37,751 nt of DNA from an uncultured Ruminococcus sp. (lineage in GTDB: Bacteria; Bacillota; Clostridia; UBA1212; UBA1255). The stretch is from NCBI GenBank assembly GCA_902796205.1, contig CADBOE010000124.1, positions 1 to 37,751 on the forward strand, in the 5' to 3' direction. Below are positions 23,126 to 31,913 of this stretch, piece after piece. Each line of letters opens with the position of its first letter. Positions within the stretch are counted from its first letter, which is position 1. The notes beneath the pieces are model-generated. The model was not told the origin of the DNA and did no database searches. It saw only the letters and a program-made list of their open reading frames with translations. The position numbers and the translations under genes were made by a program.

Positions 23126-25321
23126 TCAATACAGCACCGTCACCGCGTCGAGCGCCGGAACCGTCACGGTCACGGGCTCACGCCCGGTCTCCACGCCGTT
23201 ATCCGCCGCGCAGGCTGGTTTCTCCGGATTGCCGTCATCCGCCGCGCCGTCCGCACCTTCACTCCCGCCACCGACCGCGACCGTCTGCGGAAAAGGAAAA
23301 GGATTGACGATAACGTGAGCCGTGCGCCCGTCCCCGGCCTCCCACGCGCTCACGAGAACGGAAGGCAATTCACACTGCCCGAGCGGGATCCCGAACGAGA
23401 CCGTGCCGCATTCAACAGCCGCCGGGCGCGTCATCCGGCCGCGTTCGAGATAGATCCGCCCTTCTCTTCTGTAATAGGCGGTCAGATTCCTTATCAGCTC
23501 AAAAACGGTTCTCTCATCCGGCTGCCTCGCGCCCGGCCTCTCCCCCCACGCGTTAAGCAGCCCGCCGTCCGGAGACAGCACCACCGTCATGCAATCCCCG
23601 GCGCAGAAGGAATACGCGAGCCTGTACGTAAACGTCTCCTCGTCCGCCGAAAAAGGATTCGAAACCTGATTTCCCATAAAATTATGCAGATACTCGTGGT
23701 AAATAAAAGCATAAACCGGCACGGCGCGCCCGAAATGAAAATTCAGCTCGAAGCGGTTGTCGCTGAAGCGCAGATAACCGGCGAACGGCTCCGCGGCGGC
23801 CGATTCGCATCCCAGAAGCATGCCCGGCGCCTTTTCATTCCAGCCCGAAAGCAGACGCTGCATATCCGAAGTCATCCATTCTCCGGGAACGGGAGGATGG
23901 CCGTGGGCGCGTGAATAACAAAAATACTGGCCGCCGCCGTGATTCTGATCGAGTATCTGGGAATAATCTATCCCGCTCCCGAGCAGCGGCCCGTAAGCCT
24001 CGTTCAGAAGCATCGTCCCCGCGGGCGACGCGGCGCATATATCGTACCCGTCGCGCTGAGCGGTGCATATCCTGCTGGCGGCGACCTTTCCGTCCGGGCC
24101 GGCGCACATCGCCGACTCGAGCCCGCGCGAAGCATACTCCTCAGCCCCGGAATAATCCGTAAGACGGCTTTTCATCGTATAGCCGAAGCCGGAGCAATAA
24201 ACGCCGAGCAGGTCGCCCGATTCGTGGAGCCTGTCGCGGAACGCGTTGAAGCCGCCGGTCCCTCCGAACGGAGGCCAGACGCGCGGCGGAGCCCACGGAG
24301 CCGTACCCTCCCAGTGCATCAGGAGAGCCATGATGCGCGAGCCGGTCGCCTTTCCGATCCTCCGGAGCTCCGGAAGAGCTTTCGTATAGGGGAAAAACCG
24401 GTTCGGCGTCATTTCGTCCGTATCAAACCGTCCGCGCACGGGATAGGACACGATCAGCGGCATATCGCCGTACCAATCGGGAAGCGCATCGTTGTCGGCG
24501 ATCTTCACGACCCCCGGCGGCAATTCGCTTTCAAACCACGATCTGTATATTCCGGCGCACGATTCCCACGCGCCGTCGGTCTCCCTCCAGACGATCTTCC
24601 ATTCCGGGGAAAAGGTTTCGCCGAACCCTCGCCCGCCGAACACGCGCATTCTGAGGGCCGTTCCGCCGCCTGCTCCGCCTGCGCCGCTCACGCCGTCAAC
24701 GCTGAAAAAATCCACGGCTTTTACCCCGCGTCCGGGATCGTGCGCGCCGAGATAGAACCCGCTTCCGTACCAGAGGCAGGCAATGAATTGCGAGCATATC
24801 ATATTCGGGAAAACAGGCATGCATCCGTGAGAAGGATACGCGGGAGAAACCGACCTGAACGCCGTCTGATCGCGCTTTGCCGCGTCGTCAACGAGCACCC
24901 CCTCGTTGTACGGCCATAGCACCGTTCCGCCGTTTTCCGGATCCTGCGCTTTGAGCGGCGGCAATATCACGTTCGCCCATTCGACCCACTCAACGGCCGC
25001 GTCCGGGGCGGGAACGACTTCGATCCCCCATTCGGCGGAATCCGTTCCCTGAGAGCAGGATATTATCACGCTGACGAGACCGTCCCCGAACCTGTATCCG
25101 GCACGTGAATAACCGCCGCGCGGTTCCGCGTCAGGCCGGCGGGCTGTGTCAAGCTCCTCAGCGGCGCAATATTCTCCGGAGCGTGAGTCGATCACACGCT
25201 CGCCCCCGTTTTCGTCCCTTACGCAAACCGTAAACAACGGCGACGGTCCGGAGAGTCTTTCGCGTCCGCCGATCCGGAGCGAATTCAAAACTCCGTTCTT
25301 ATAATCGATTCCGATCTTCAC
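23126..25321 (-). CDS. Uncharacterised 731-aa cytoplasmic protein, probably a glycoside-hydrolase-like enzyme (N-terminal beta-sandwich plus barrel). I could not read a defined family from motifs.
   Basis: Long intact ORF with a GTG start 10 nt after AAGGAG and no signal peptide. It is Trp/Gly/Pro-rich (LLMHWEGTAPWAPPRVWPPFGG), typical of carbohydrate-active barrels. It is same-strand with the FGGY kinase and EEP genes. From memory the N-terminus resembles 'DUF6259'-type proteins; this is unverified. Confidence 0.55.
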   Translation of the reverse strand: MKIGIDYKNGVLNSLRIGGRERLSGPSPLFTVCVRDENGGERVIDSRSGEYCAAEELDTARRPDAEPRGGYSRAGYRFGDGLVSVIISCSQGTDSAEWGIEVVPAPDAAVEWVEWANVILPPLKAQDPENGGTVLWPYNEGVLVDDAAKRDQTAFRSVSPAYPSHGCMPVFPNMICSQFIACLWYGSGFYLGAHDPGRGVKAVDFFSVDGVSGAGGAGGGTALRMRVFGGRGFGETFSPEWKIVWRETDGAWESCAGIYRSWFESELPPGVVKIADNDALPDWYGDMPLIVSYPVRGRFDTDEMTPNRFFPYTKALPELRRIGKATGSRIMALLMHWEGTAPWAPPRVWPPFGGTGGFNAFRDRLHESGDLLGVYCSGFGYTMKSRLTDYSGAEEYASRGLESAMCAGPDGKVAASRICTAQRDGYDICAASPAGTMLLNEAYGPLLGSGIDYSQILDQNHGGGQYFCYSRAHGHPPVPGEWMTSDMQRLLSGWNEKAPGMLLGCESAAAEPFAGYLRFSDNRFELNFHFGRAVPVYAFIYHEYLHNFMGNQVSNPFSADEETFTYRLAYSFCAGDCMTVVLSPDGGLLNAWGERPGARQPDERTVFELIRNLTAYYRREGRIYLERGRMTRPAAVECGTVSFGIPLGQCELPSVLVSAWEAGDGRTAHVIVNPFPFPQTVAVGGGSEGADGAADDGNPEKPACAADNGVETGREPVTVTVPALDAVTVLY

Positions 25322-25423
25322 TGTGCCCTGACTCCTTTTCTAAAACCTGTCGGCGCCGCTTCACGCTACGGAAACGCCGCTCATCTGACGCTTCGCGCTC
25401 CTGCAGCGCCGCTCGCCGGCGGT

Positions 25424-26932
25424 TCATCTGCCGTTCATCCTGGCAAAAATATCGCGCAGCGCCGGATAAAGCTGCCGGTAGATCCCGTAACCCCGGTCGT
25501 ATTTTTCCCGGAGCGCCGGCTCGCACGCCGTCACAAGCTTTTTCTTCACTATCCTGCCGGCCGCCTCCGCAACGCTTGCGTATTCGCCCATGCCGGTCAT
25601 CGCGAGTATCGCCGCGCCGAAAGAAGGCCCCTGCGCGGTCTCGCTCATATACAGATCCGCGCCGAGCACACCGGCAAGGATCCTTCTCCACATTTCGCTG
25701 CCCGCTCCGCCGCCGGACAAAACGGCCTTTCTGACCGACACGCCGCCGGCTTCGATGCAGTCGCGCAAAGCGTAAGCGACGCCTTCAAAAACGGCGAGGC
25801 TCATGTCGTCCTTCGTCGTATCGGCGCTGAGGCCGATAAACGCCCCGCGCGCGTTGACGTCGTTGTGAGGGCAGCGCTCGCCCGTCAGATAAGGCAGGAA
25901 CCAGACGCGGTTTTCTCCGGCCTTCTCGTCGGAGAACAGATCGTAGCCGGTTTCGAGTATTTCTTTCGTCCACCATTTGTTGCAGCTCGCCGCCGACAGT
26001 ATGCATCCCATCAGATGGAGCCCGCCGGATGCGTGAGCAAAAAGGTGAAGCACTCCGCCGGAATTGCCGGCCGTGCTGACGGAAGCGGTTTCTCCGCCGG
26101 AAGCGGTTTCTCCGCCGGAAGAATTATCCCCGCCGGGAAGATTTTCCGCGCCGGAAACGGGAAGAAAAACGGTCCCGCTCGTGCCGAGAGATATGCTGCA
26201 GTCGCCCTCGCTGATAGTACCGGTGCCGACGGCGGCAGCGGCGTTGTCCCCCGCGCCGGCGCACATAAACGCGTTCGGAAATCCGAGCGACGGATCGAGG
26301 CGTCCGGTCACCTCCCAGCTTTCGTATATCTCCGGAAGCATGGCGGAGGTAATGCCGCAGAGCGCGCACATCCTTTCGGACCAGCAGCGCTTCTTCACGT
26401 CCATCAGAAGCATTCCGGCCGCGTCGGACGGTTCGGTCGAGAACACGCCTGTCAGCTTGTACGCAACGTAATCCTTGGGCAGGCAGATTTTTCTCGCGCG
26501 GGCGAAATTCCCGGGCTCGTTCTTTTTTACCCAGAGTATCTTCGGGGCGGTAAATCCGGCGAAAGCGATATTTCCGGTCATTTCAGTAAGATCCGGAAGA
26601 GAATTCAGATACGCGGTTTCCGCGTCGCTTCTGCCGTCGTTCCAGAGAATGGCGGGCCGTATGACGTTATCGTCCCCGTCCAGCATCACGAGCCCGTGCA
26701 TCTGCCCCGCGATCGCGACGCCCCTGACGTCGTTCTCCAGACCGCTTCCGAGCTTTTTCAGGATCGTTTTCGCCGCCTTCAGCCAGTCGGCGGGGTCCTG
26801 TTCGCTCCACCCCGGCACGGGATAACTCACGTTGTAATCTTCGCTGTACTCCCTGATTATCGCACCCGACGGATCCGTCAGTATCCCCTTGCAGGAGCTG
26901 GTGCCGAGGTCGATTCCGATGTAATAGTTCAT
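25424..26932 (-). CDS. xylB: FGGY-family carbohydrate kinase, xylulokinase-like, with a ~24-aa low-complexity loop insertion
   Basis: N-terminus MNYYIGIDLGTSSCKG. The segments LGTSGTVF...HLFAHA...LHLMGCILSAASCNKW align with my recollection of E. coli XylB (LGTSGVYF...HSFCHA...WHLMSVMLSAASCLDW). GGGAGS is also present. Substrate specificity is not certain. Confidence 0.75.
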   Translation of the reverse strand: MNYYIGIDLGTSSCKGILTDPSGAIIREYSEDYNVSYPVPGWSEQDPADWLKAAKTILKKLGSGLENDVRGVAIAGQMHGLVMLDGDDNVIRPAILWNDGRSDAETAYLNSLPDLTEMTGNIAFAGFTAPKILWVKKNEPGNFARARKICLPKDYVAYKLTGVFSTEPSDAAGMLLMDVKKRCWSERMCALCGITSAMLPEIYESWEVTGRLDPSLGFPNAFMCAGAGDNAAAAVGTGTISEGDCSISLGTSGTVFLPVSGAENLPGGDNSSGGETASGGETASVSTAGNSGGVLHLFAHASGGLHLMGCILSAASCNKWWTKEILETGYDLFSDEKAGENRVWFLPYLTGERCPHNDVNARGAFIGLSADTTKDDMSLAVFEGVAYALRDCIEAGGVSVRKAVLSGGGAGSEMWRRILAGVLGADLYMSETAQGPSFGAAILAMTGMGEYASVAEAAGRIVKKKLVTACEPALREKYDRGYGIYRQLYPALRDIFARMNGR

Positions 26933-26983
26933 AACGATTCCCCTTTTCAGAAATGCAGACGCTCATCCGTCGCTTCAGGCGCT

Positions 26984-28975
26984 TCACTTCCGGATGGTAA
27001 ACGTGGCAAATACCGGGAGATGATCCGATATCTCATACGCCCCCTTCGATATCAGGAACGTTTCGTAGGTATGCGGATCCGTGCTCTCGGGATCGAAGAA
27101 AATGTAATCTATCGGCTCTTTGCCGGGGTTGTACGAGGCGCTCGATTCGTCATACTGCACGGTCATCGTCGCGAGATGGTTCTCGTCCACTGTCACCGGC
27201 GATTCGAGCCTCGAATCGGCCAGCTTCAGCTTGTAGCTTTCGCCGTTCTCGAGCTCGACGGCCGTTTTTCCGACGATCATCTTGTACAGAGCGTACAGAT
27301 TGCCGCCGCTCGTCGTCCGTCTGTTGTTGAGATCGCCCGTCAGGAACGTCGGCATCCCCTTGAACCTTTCGGCGAATCTGATGATGACCCGTATCTGATC
27401 CTTCCGGAGATTGTTGCCGTCGGTCGAATTGTTTTTGCCGTTGTGGTCGAGATGCGTGTTCAGGTGGACAAACTCCCTGCCGGTCGACCGCTCGCGGAGC
27501 ACGGCCCACGTGCAGATGCGGGGATAATTGCCGTTCGGGAAAGACGAGCCCTGAACGTCTGGCGTATCCGAGAGCCAGAAGGTGCCGCCGTCAACGAGAT
27601 CGAACTTATCCTTCCTGTAGTAGATCGGATTGGCCTCTCCTCCCGGCGTGCGCGGTTCGCCGATCCTCGCGTACGAGTCGTTGAACACGCGGCTGTCGAG
27701 CCAGCGGAACCACGAAACGGTGACCTCCTGCATTCCGACGATATCGGGCTGAAGCTCGTCGATCAGTTCGCGGTACATCTCCGCCCTCAGTCTGAAAGGA
27801 GTCGAGCTTCCGTTTTCCGTCTGTATATTGAACTGAAGCACGCGCATATCCGTACCGCCGCCGCCCGGCTGTCCGGTCCCGTACGTATCCGATTTCAGAT
27901 AGGGCTTCGCCTCCTCAGCGGTGAGGAAGGCGATCCTGCTTATGAGAAGCGATTCCCCGGCCGCGTCCGCGTACTGCCCGGCGACGATCCTGAGCATCGA
28001 CGGATCGATATTCTTCACTCCCTCGCCGAGGTCGAAGCATACGTATTTCCAGCCGTCTCCGCCGTCAATCGTCGCGAAGACCTCCGGCCGGTTCGCTTCG
28101 GAGTCGTTCAGCGAGGAGGCGGCGATAACGCCGACGGTCCGGTTCGCCATTCCGCCCGATTTCACTTTCAGAAGCAGATAAGGTCTGTCTTTCATGCTGA
28201 CCGGCTTCTCTCCGGCGGCGGCGCAGAACGACGCGTATTTGAAATAAACCGTCGCGGCGGCCGAGCCGGGCGAGGAAATATTCGCGCTCGTGACCGCGAT
28301 CACGTCGCCCTCGTCGGGATCGGAAACAACGGACACCGTGCAGTTTCTCATATTTGAAAACTGTGTTTTGATTCCGTGAGGGACGGCCGATTTTATTTCG
28401 ATGTCCGCCGGATCCACTTCGGGAAGCGTCTGTGTGGGGGCGGGTGTGGGCGTGGATCTTTCAGTGGGTTTTTCGGTGGGTTTTTGAGTGGGACGTTCCG
28501 TCGGGTTTTCCGTGGGGCGCTCCGTCGGGTTTTCGGCAGGCTTTCCGGTCGGCTGCTCCGTGGGCTGCTCCGTCGGTTTTTCGGCGGGCGTGCCGGTCGG
28601 ATCCCCGGCCGGCTGTCCCGAAGCCTTCTCCGTCGCATGTTCAGCGGGCGTCCCGGAAGGCGCTTCAGAAGCCGGCTCCGTCGGCTTTTCCGCCGCCCGC
28701 TCTGTCGGATCCGGAGACGGAATATCAGTCGCACCTGCAGGCGTCGCGTCCGGCACGTCCGTAATATCCGTGACGTCAGTCGGAAGAACAACCGTGACGT
28801 CCGTAGTCACGGCGGTCTCTCCGGCCGGCGTGCCGCCGCTTTCACGTTTGCCGTCACGCGAAGCGCACCCGTACGCAAACAGGCACGCCGCGGCCAGTAT
28901 GCCAAGCAGCAGCGCGGCCGTGCGCGTCTTCCGGGCCCGGCGCCGCTCAATATGATCGAAGAAAGCATTTTTCAT
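26984..28975 (-). CDS. Endonuclease/exonuclease/phosphatase (EEP) family lipoprotein with a Pro/Thr/Glu repeat linker and a central beta-sandwich (CBM-like) domain
   Basis: Lipobox LFAYGC. The linker is PTEKPTEQPTEQPTGKPAENPTERPTENPTERPTQKPTEKPTERSTP. The EEP motifs are MRVLQFNIQTENG, MQEV, FLTGDLNN and SDHLPVFATF. Confidence 0.8.
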   Translation of the reverse strand: MKNAFFDHIERRRARKTRTAALLLGILAAACLFAYGCASRDGKRESGGTPAGETAVTTDVTVVLPTDVTDITDVPDATPAGATDIPSPDPTERAAEKPTEPASEAPSGTPAEHATEKASGQPAGDPTGTPAEKPTEQPTEQPTGKPAENPTERPTENPTERPTQKPTEKPTERSTPTPAPTQTLPEVDPADIEIKSAVPHGIKTQFSNMRNCTVSVVSDPDEGDVIAVTSANISSPGSAAATVYFKYASFCAAAGEKPVSMKDRPYLLLKVKSGGMANRTVGVIAASSLNDSEANRPEVFATIDGGDGWKYVCFDLGEGVKNIDPSMLRIVAGQYADAAGESLLISRIAFLTAEEAKPYLKSDTYGTGQPGGGGTDMRVLQFNIQTENGSSTPFRLRAEMYRELIDELQPDIVGMQEVTVSWFRWLDSRVFNDSYARIGEPRTPGGEANPIYYRKDKFDLVDGGTFWLSDTPDVQGSSFPNGNYPRICTWAVLRERSTGREFVHLNTHLDHNGKNNSTDGNNLRKDQIRVIIRFAERFKGMPTFLTGDLNNRRTTSGGNLYALYKMIVGKTAVELENGESYKLKLADSRLESPVTVDENHLATMTVQYDESSASYNPGKEPIDYIFFDPESTDPHTYETFLISKGAYEISDHLPVFATFTIRK

Positions 28976-29010
28976 TATCCATCCGCTCCAGCTCGTGAAT
29001 TACCACCGCA

Positions 29011-29040
29011 ATTATACTGTACGGACCCGGCTTTCGTCAA
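29011..29040 (-). promoter_or_regulatory. SigA-type promoter TTGACG-18 nt-TATAAT for the EEP lipoprotein gene
   Basis: The minus strand reads TTGACGaaagccgggtccgtacagTATAAT. The -35 is at 29040-29035 and the -10 at 29016-29011, about 36 nt upstream of the ATG at 28975. Confidence 0.55.
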
Positions 29041-29163
29041 TCTGCCGCGCGGAGGCCGCGCGGAGGTTCCGCCGGTGATTTTTGCCGGTCCCAAGCGCTT
29101 TTTGTTATCATGAATAATCGCGGTTTACGCCGCTTTTTTTCGTCTTTTGCCCAAATTGCGCAC

Positions 29164-29192
29164 TTGAAAAAGCGGCTCTTTTATGATAAATT
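29164..29192 (+). promoter_or_regulatory. SigA-type promoter TTGAAA-17 nt-TAAATT with extended -10 TG for the acyltransferase gene
   Basis: The + strand reads TTGAAAaagcggctcttttaTGaTAAATT, about 70 nt upstream of ATG 29263. Confidence 0.5.
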
Positions 29193-29262
29193 CTCCGCAT
29201 TGGCTCCGGAATCCAGCCGCGGGCCTGTTTCATGAAATCTGAAAGGAAACGGATCTGCTTTC

Positions 29263-30450
29263 ATGCATACGGACACAAGATATATAAAGCAGTCGCACAG
29301 ATTCGTTTTTTCGCTTATACGGCCGCTTTCTTTTTTATACTCGCGCCTTTTCATGGGCTTCAGGTGCCGGGACAAATACAGGATCGAGGAAGGAAAGCCC
29401 GTGTTCGTGCTGTGCAATCATCAGACGGACGAGGATCCGTTCTGCGTACTTCCCGCCTTCGACAGACCTGTTTATCCCGTTGCCACGGACAATATTTTCG
29501 CCGGCAGATTTCTCGGAAAATTCTTTTCCTATCTTTCGCTGATCCCCAAAAAGAAGGGCGCTTCCGACGTCGGCACGATCCTGAAGATCAATGAATATCT
29601 CAAAAAGGGCGCGTCGGTTCTTCTTTTCCCCGAGGGCAACAGATTCTACGCCGAATTCCGTTACTATATCGCCCCCGGGATCGTGAAGCTGCTCAGAAAC
29701 GCGAAGGCGACGCTCGTTCTTTTCAATCTTCACGGCGGCTCCGGCGTCAGTCCGCGCTTCAAAAACAAAAAGCGCCGCGGGCCCTTCCGCGGTTCGATCG
29801 ACAAAATACTGACGTACGGGGATTATTCGTCCATGAGCGACGACGAGCTGTTCAGGCTCATATGCGACAGCATATACGTATTTGACAGCGACAGCGGCGA
29901 GAGATACAAAAGCCGCAAAAGAGCGGAATATCTCGAAAGGATGCTGTTCTGCTGCCCCGGATGCGGAAGCTTCGAGACGCTTTCATCCAAAGGAAAATAT
30001 CTGACCTGCTCCCGGTGCGGCCTGACCGCGGAATACGGAGAGGATCTCAGAATGCACGGCGTTGAAGGTTACGAAAGGCTGGCCGACTGGTGGGAATTCC
30101 AGAAGAAGGCGGTCAGAGATATGCCGGTCGAACCCGGAAAACGGATATTCGGAGACCGGGGAGTAAAGCTGTTCCGGTCGCTCCCGTTTACCCGCCGAAA
30201 GAAGCTCGGAAAAGGAGATCTCGTTCTCACGGACAAGACCATGAGCTGCGCCGGAACGGAATTCGACGTTTCCGGGATCACCTCGGCCTCCGTCATTTCC
30301 GGCCGGAAGCTCACTTTCGTTTACGACAGGAACGATTATACACTGCGCGGCGGCAAGCGTTTCGATCCGGTCAAATATATTTTCGCGCTCAACCGCCTCG
30401 ATACGGCGATGCGCAGAAACAAAACGGATAAATATTTCAATCTCGGCTGA
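29263..30450 (+). CDS. PlsC-type lysophospholipid/1-acylglycerol-3-phosphate acyltransferase fused to a C-terminal domain containing a Cys4 zinc-ribbon motif
   Basis: HX4D motif NHQTDEDP and motif III FPEGNR. The C-terminal half contains CPGCGSFETLSSKGKYLTCSRCG. Confidence 0.75.
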   Translation: MHTDTRYIKQSHRFVFSLIRPLSFLYSRLFMGFRCRDKYRIEEGKPVFVLCNHQTDEDPFCVLPAFDRPVYPVATDNIFAGRFLGKFFSYLSLIPKKKGASDVGTILKINEYLKKGASVLLFPEGNRFYAEFRYYIAPGIVKLLRNAKATLVLFNLHGGSGVSPRFKNKKRRGPFRGSIDKILTYGDYSSMSDDELFRLICDSIYVFDSDSGERYKSRKRAEYLERMLFCCPGCGSFETLSSKGKYLTCSRCGLTAEYGEDLRMHGVEGYERLADWWEFQKKAVRDMPVEPGKRIFGDRGVKLFRSLPFTRRKKLGKGDLVLTDKTMSCAGTEFDVSGITSASVISGRKLTFVYDRNDYTLRGGKRFDPVKYIFALNRLDTAMRRNKTDKYFNLG

Positions 30451-30491
30451 ACCGGGCGGACAATATCAGGCATCGAAAAGGAGTGCGTCAC

Positions 30492-31913
30492 ATGACCTGG
30501 AAATTTGATCTTACACAATATGAATCCGTGTGGAGCGTCGTTGTCAACGTTCTGCTGCTGCTGATAGCGCTGCTTGCCGGCAACGCCCTGAGGCGCAGCG
30601 TTCCGTTTCTCCGCAAGGCGTTCATACCGAGCGCGCTCATCGGAGGCATCATATTGTTCGCGGCAAATCTGATCTTCCGGAACGCGGCCGGTTTTTCGCT
30701 GATCGACGCGAGGGTCATGCAGATAATCACGTATCACGCGCTCGGAATAGGCTTCATCGCAATGACGCTGAAATCGGCGGAAAAGGTAAAGAATCAGAAG
30801 CTCGGACTTCTTTCCGTCCAGAACGGATTCCTCACCGGCGGCACGTACATGCTGCAGGCCGTCGTCGGAATGGGGATTTCGCTTCTGTTTTTCGCCGCCG
30901 GCTCCGGTCTGTTTTACGACGCCGGAGTGATACTGCCGCTCGGATACGGGCAGGGTCCGGGCAACGCTCTCACGTGGGACGTGAATTTCAGCGAGTACGG
31001 TTTTGACGGAAACGGCAGCTTCGGTCTCACGATTGCATCGATGGGCTTCATCGTCGCGTCGGTGGTCGGAGTAGCCTATATAAATATTTTCAAGAAAAAA
31101 GGCGGGATCAAGGTAAAAACCGCCGATGAAGTGAAGGAAATAGAGTATTATGAAAGAAAAAACGAGATAGAGGATTGCGATTCCGTCGACAAGACGTCGA
31201 TCCAGATCGCGATAGTCGCGCTCGCGTACGCCGCGTCGTTCGGGATAATGGTGCTGTTCGCGAAGCTCACGGACCTGACGGGCGTAAAGCTTTTCAACGA
31301 TATCGCGTGGAGCTTCAATTTCATCTGGGGCGTCATAACAGCCACGCTGATCAAATCGCTCATGAAGCTGTTTGAAAAGCGGCGCCTCGTGAAGCGCCGC
31401 TACGTGAGCAATTACCAGATGGACCGCATTTCGGGATTCTCTTTTGACATGATGATAATCGCGGGCGTCGCGGCCATCGACATAAACGTCGTCGCAAAAT
31501 ACGCGTGGATGATCGCCGCCTTATGCGTCGCCGGCGCCGTCGTTACGCTCGTTTACGTCCGGCTTATATGCAAAAGGTGCTTCAAGGGTTTTGAGCACGA
31601 GGCGTTTCTGCTCAATTTCGGCACGCTGACGGGCACCGCGTCGAACGGAATGATTCTGCTCCGCGAGACGGATCCCAATTTCGAGACGCCCGCGAGCAAC
31701 GTCTATATCATCTCCCAGTTTCCGGCGATGCTGGCCGTCGCCCCTCTTCTGCTTCTGCTCAACATGAGCGCGAAGAGCCTCGCGGGATGTCTGACGGCCC
31801 TCGGGATCTTCGCGGCTCTTTTTGTCATATATACCGTTTTCCTGATCGTCTCGGCCTCACGCGGAAATAACGTCAAGCAGGGAGCCTCCGCTGATACGCC
31901 AGCGATCGAATGA
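30492..31913 (+). CDS. gltS: Sodium/glutamate symporter (GltS/ESS family)-like transporter
   Basis: About 12 predicted hydrophobic segments. The N-terminal pattern LLLLIALLAGNALRRSVPFLRKAFIPSALIGGIILF parallels my recollection of the GltS N-terminus. The start is placed at ATG 30492, 9 nt after AAAGGAG. The GTG at 30483 abuts the SD. Confidence 0.7.
   Translation: MTWKFDLTQYESVWSVVVNVLLLLIALLAGNALRRSVPFLRKAFIPSALIGGIILFAANLIFRNAAGFSLIDARVMQIITYHALGIGFIAMTLKSAEKVKNQKLGLLSVQNGFLTGGTYMLQAVVGMGISLLFFAAGSGLFYDAGVILPLGYGQGPGNALTWDVNFSEYGFDGNGSFGLTIASMGFIVASVVGVAYINIFKKKGGIKVKTADEVKEIEYYERKNEIEDCDSVDKTSIQIAIVALAYAASFGIMVLFAKLTDLTGVKLFNDIAWSFNFIWGVITATLIKSLMKLFEKRRLVKRRYVSNYQMDRISGFSFDMMIIAGVAAIDINVVAKYAWMIAALCVAGAVVTLVYVRLICKRCFKGFEHEAFLLNFGTLTGTASNGMILLRETDPNFETPASNVYIISQFPAMLAVAPLLLLLNMSAKSLAGCLTALGIFAALFVIYTVFLIVSASRGNNVKQGASADTPAIE

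Noticed and set aside
25865-28357. An 830-aa + strand ORF, and similar long ORFs at 923-2179(-), 19209-20462(+), 22952-23914(+), 5037-5882(+) and 35901-36752(-)
   Set aside because: They lie antisense to, or out of frame with, genes that carry clear family motifs. They are extremely Arg/Gly/Pro-rich and lack RBSs and recognisable motifs. This is the typical stop-codon-poor shadow frame of GC-rich DNA.
28430-28660. A repetitive DNA block inside the EEP lipoprotein gene
   Set aside because: It is explained by the in-frame Pro/Thr/Glu linker (PTE[K/R/Q/N]PTE...). Such linkers are common in exported Gram-positive proteins, so this is not an independent element.
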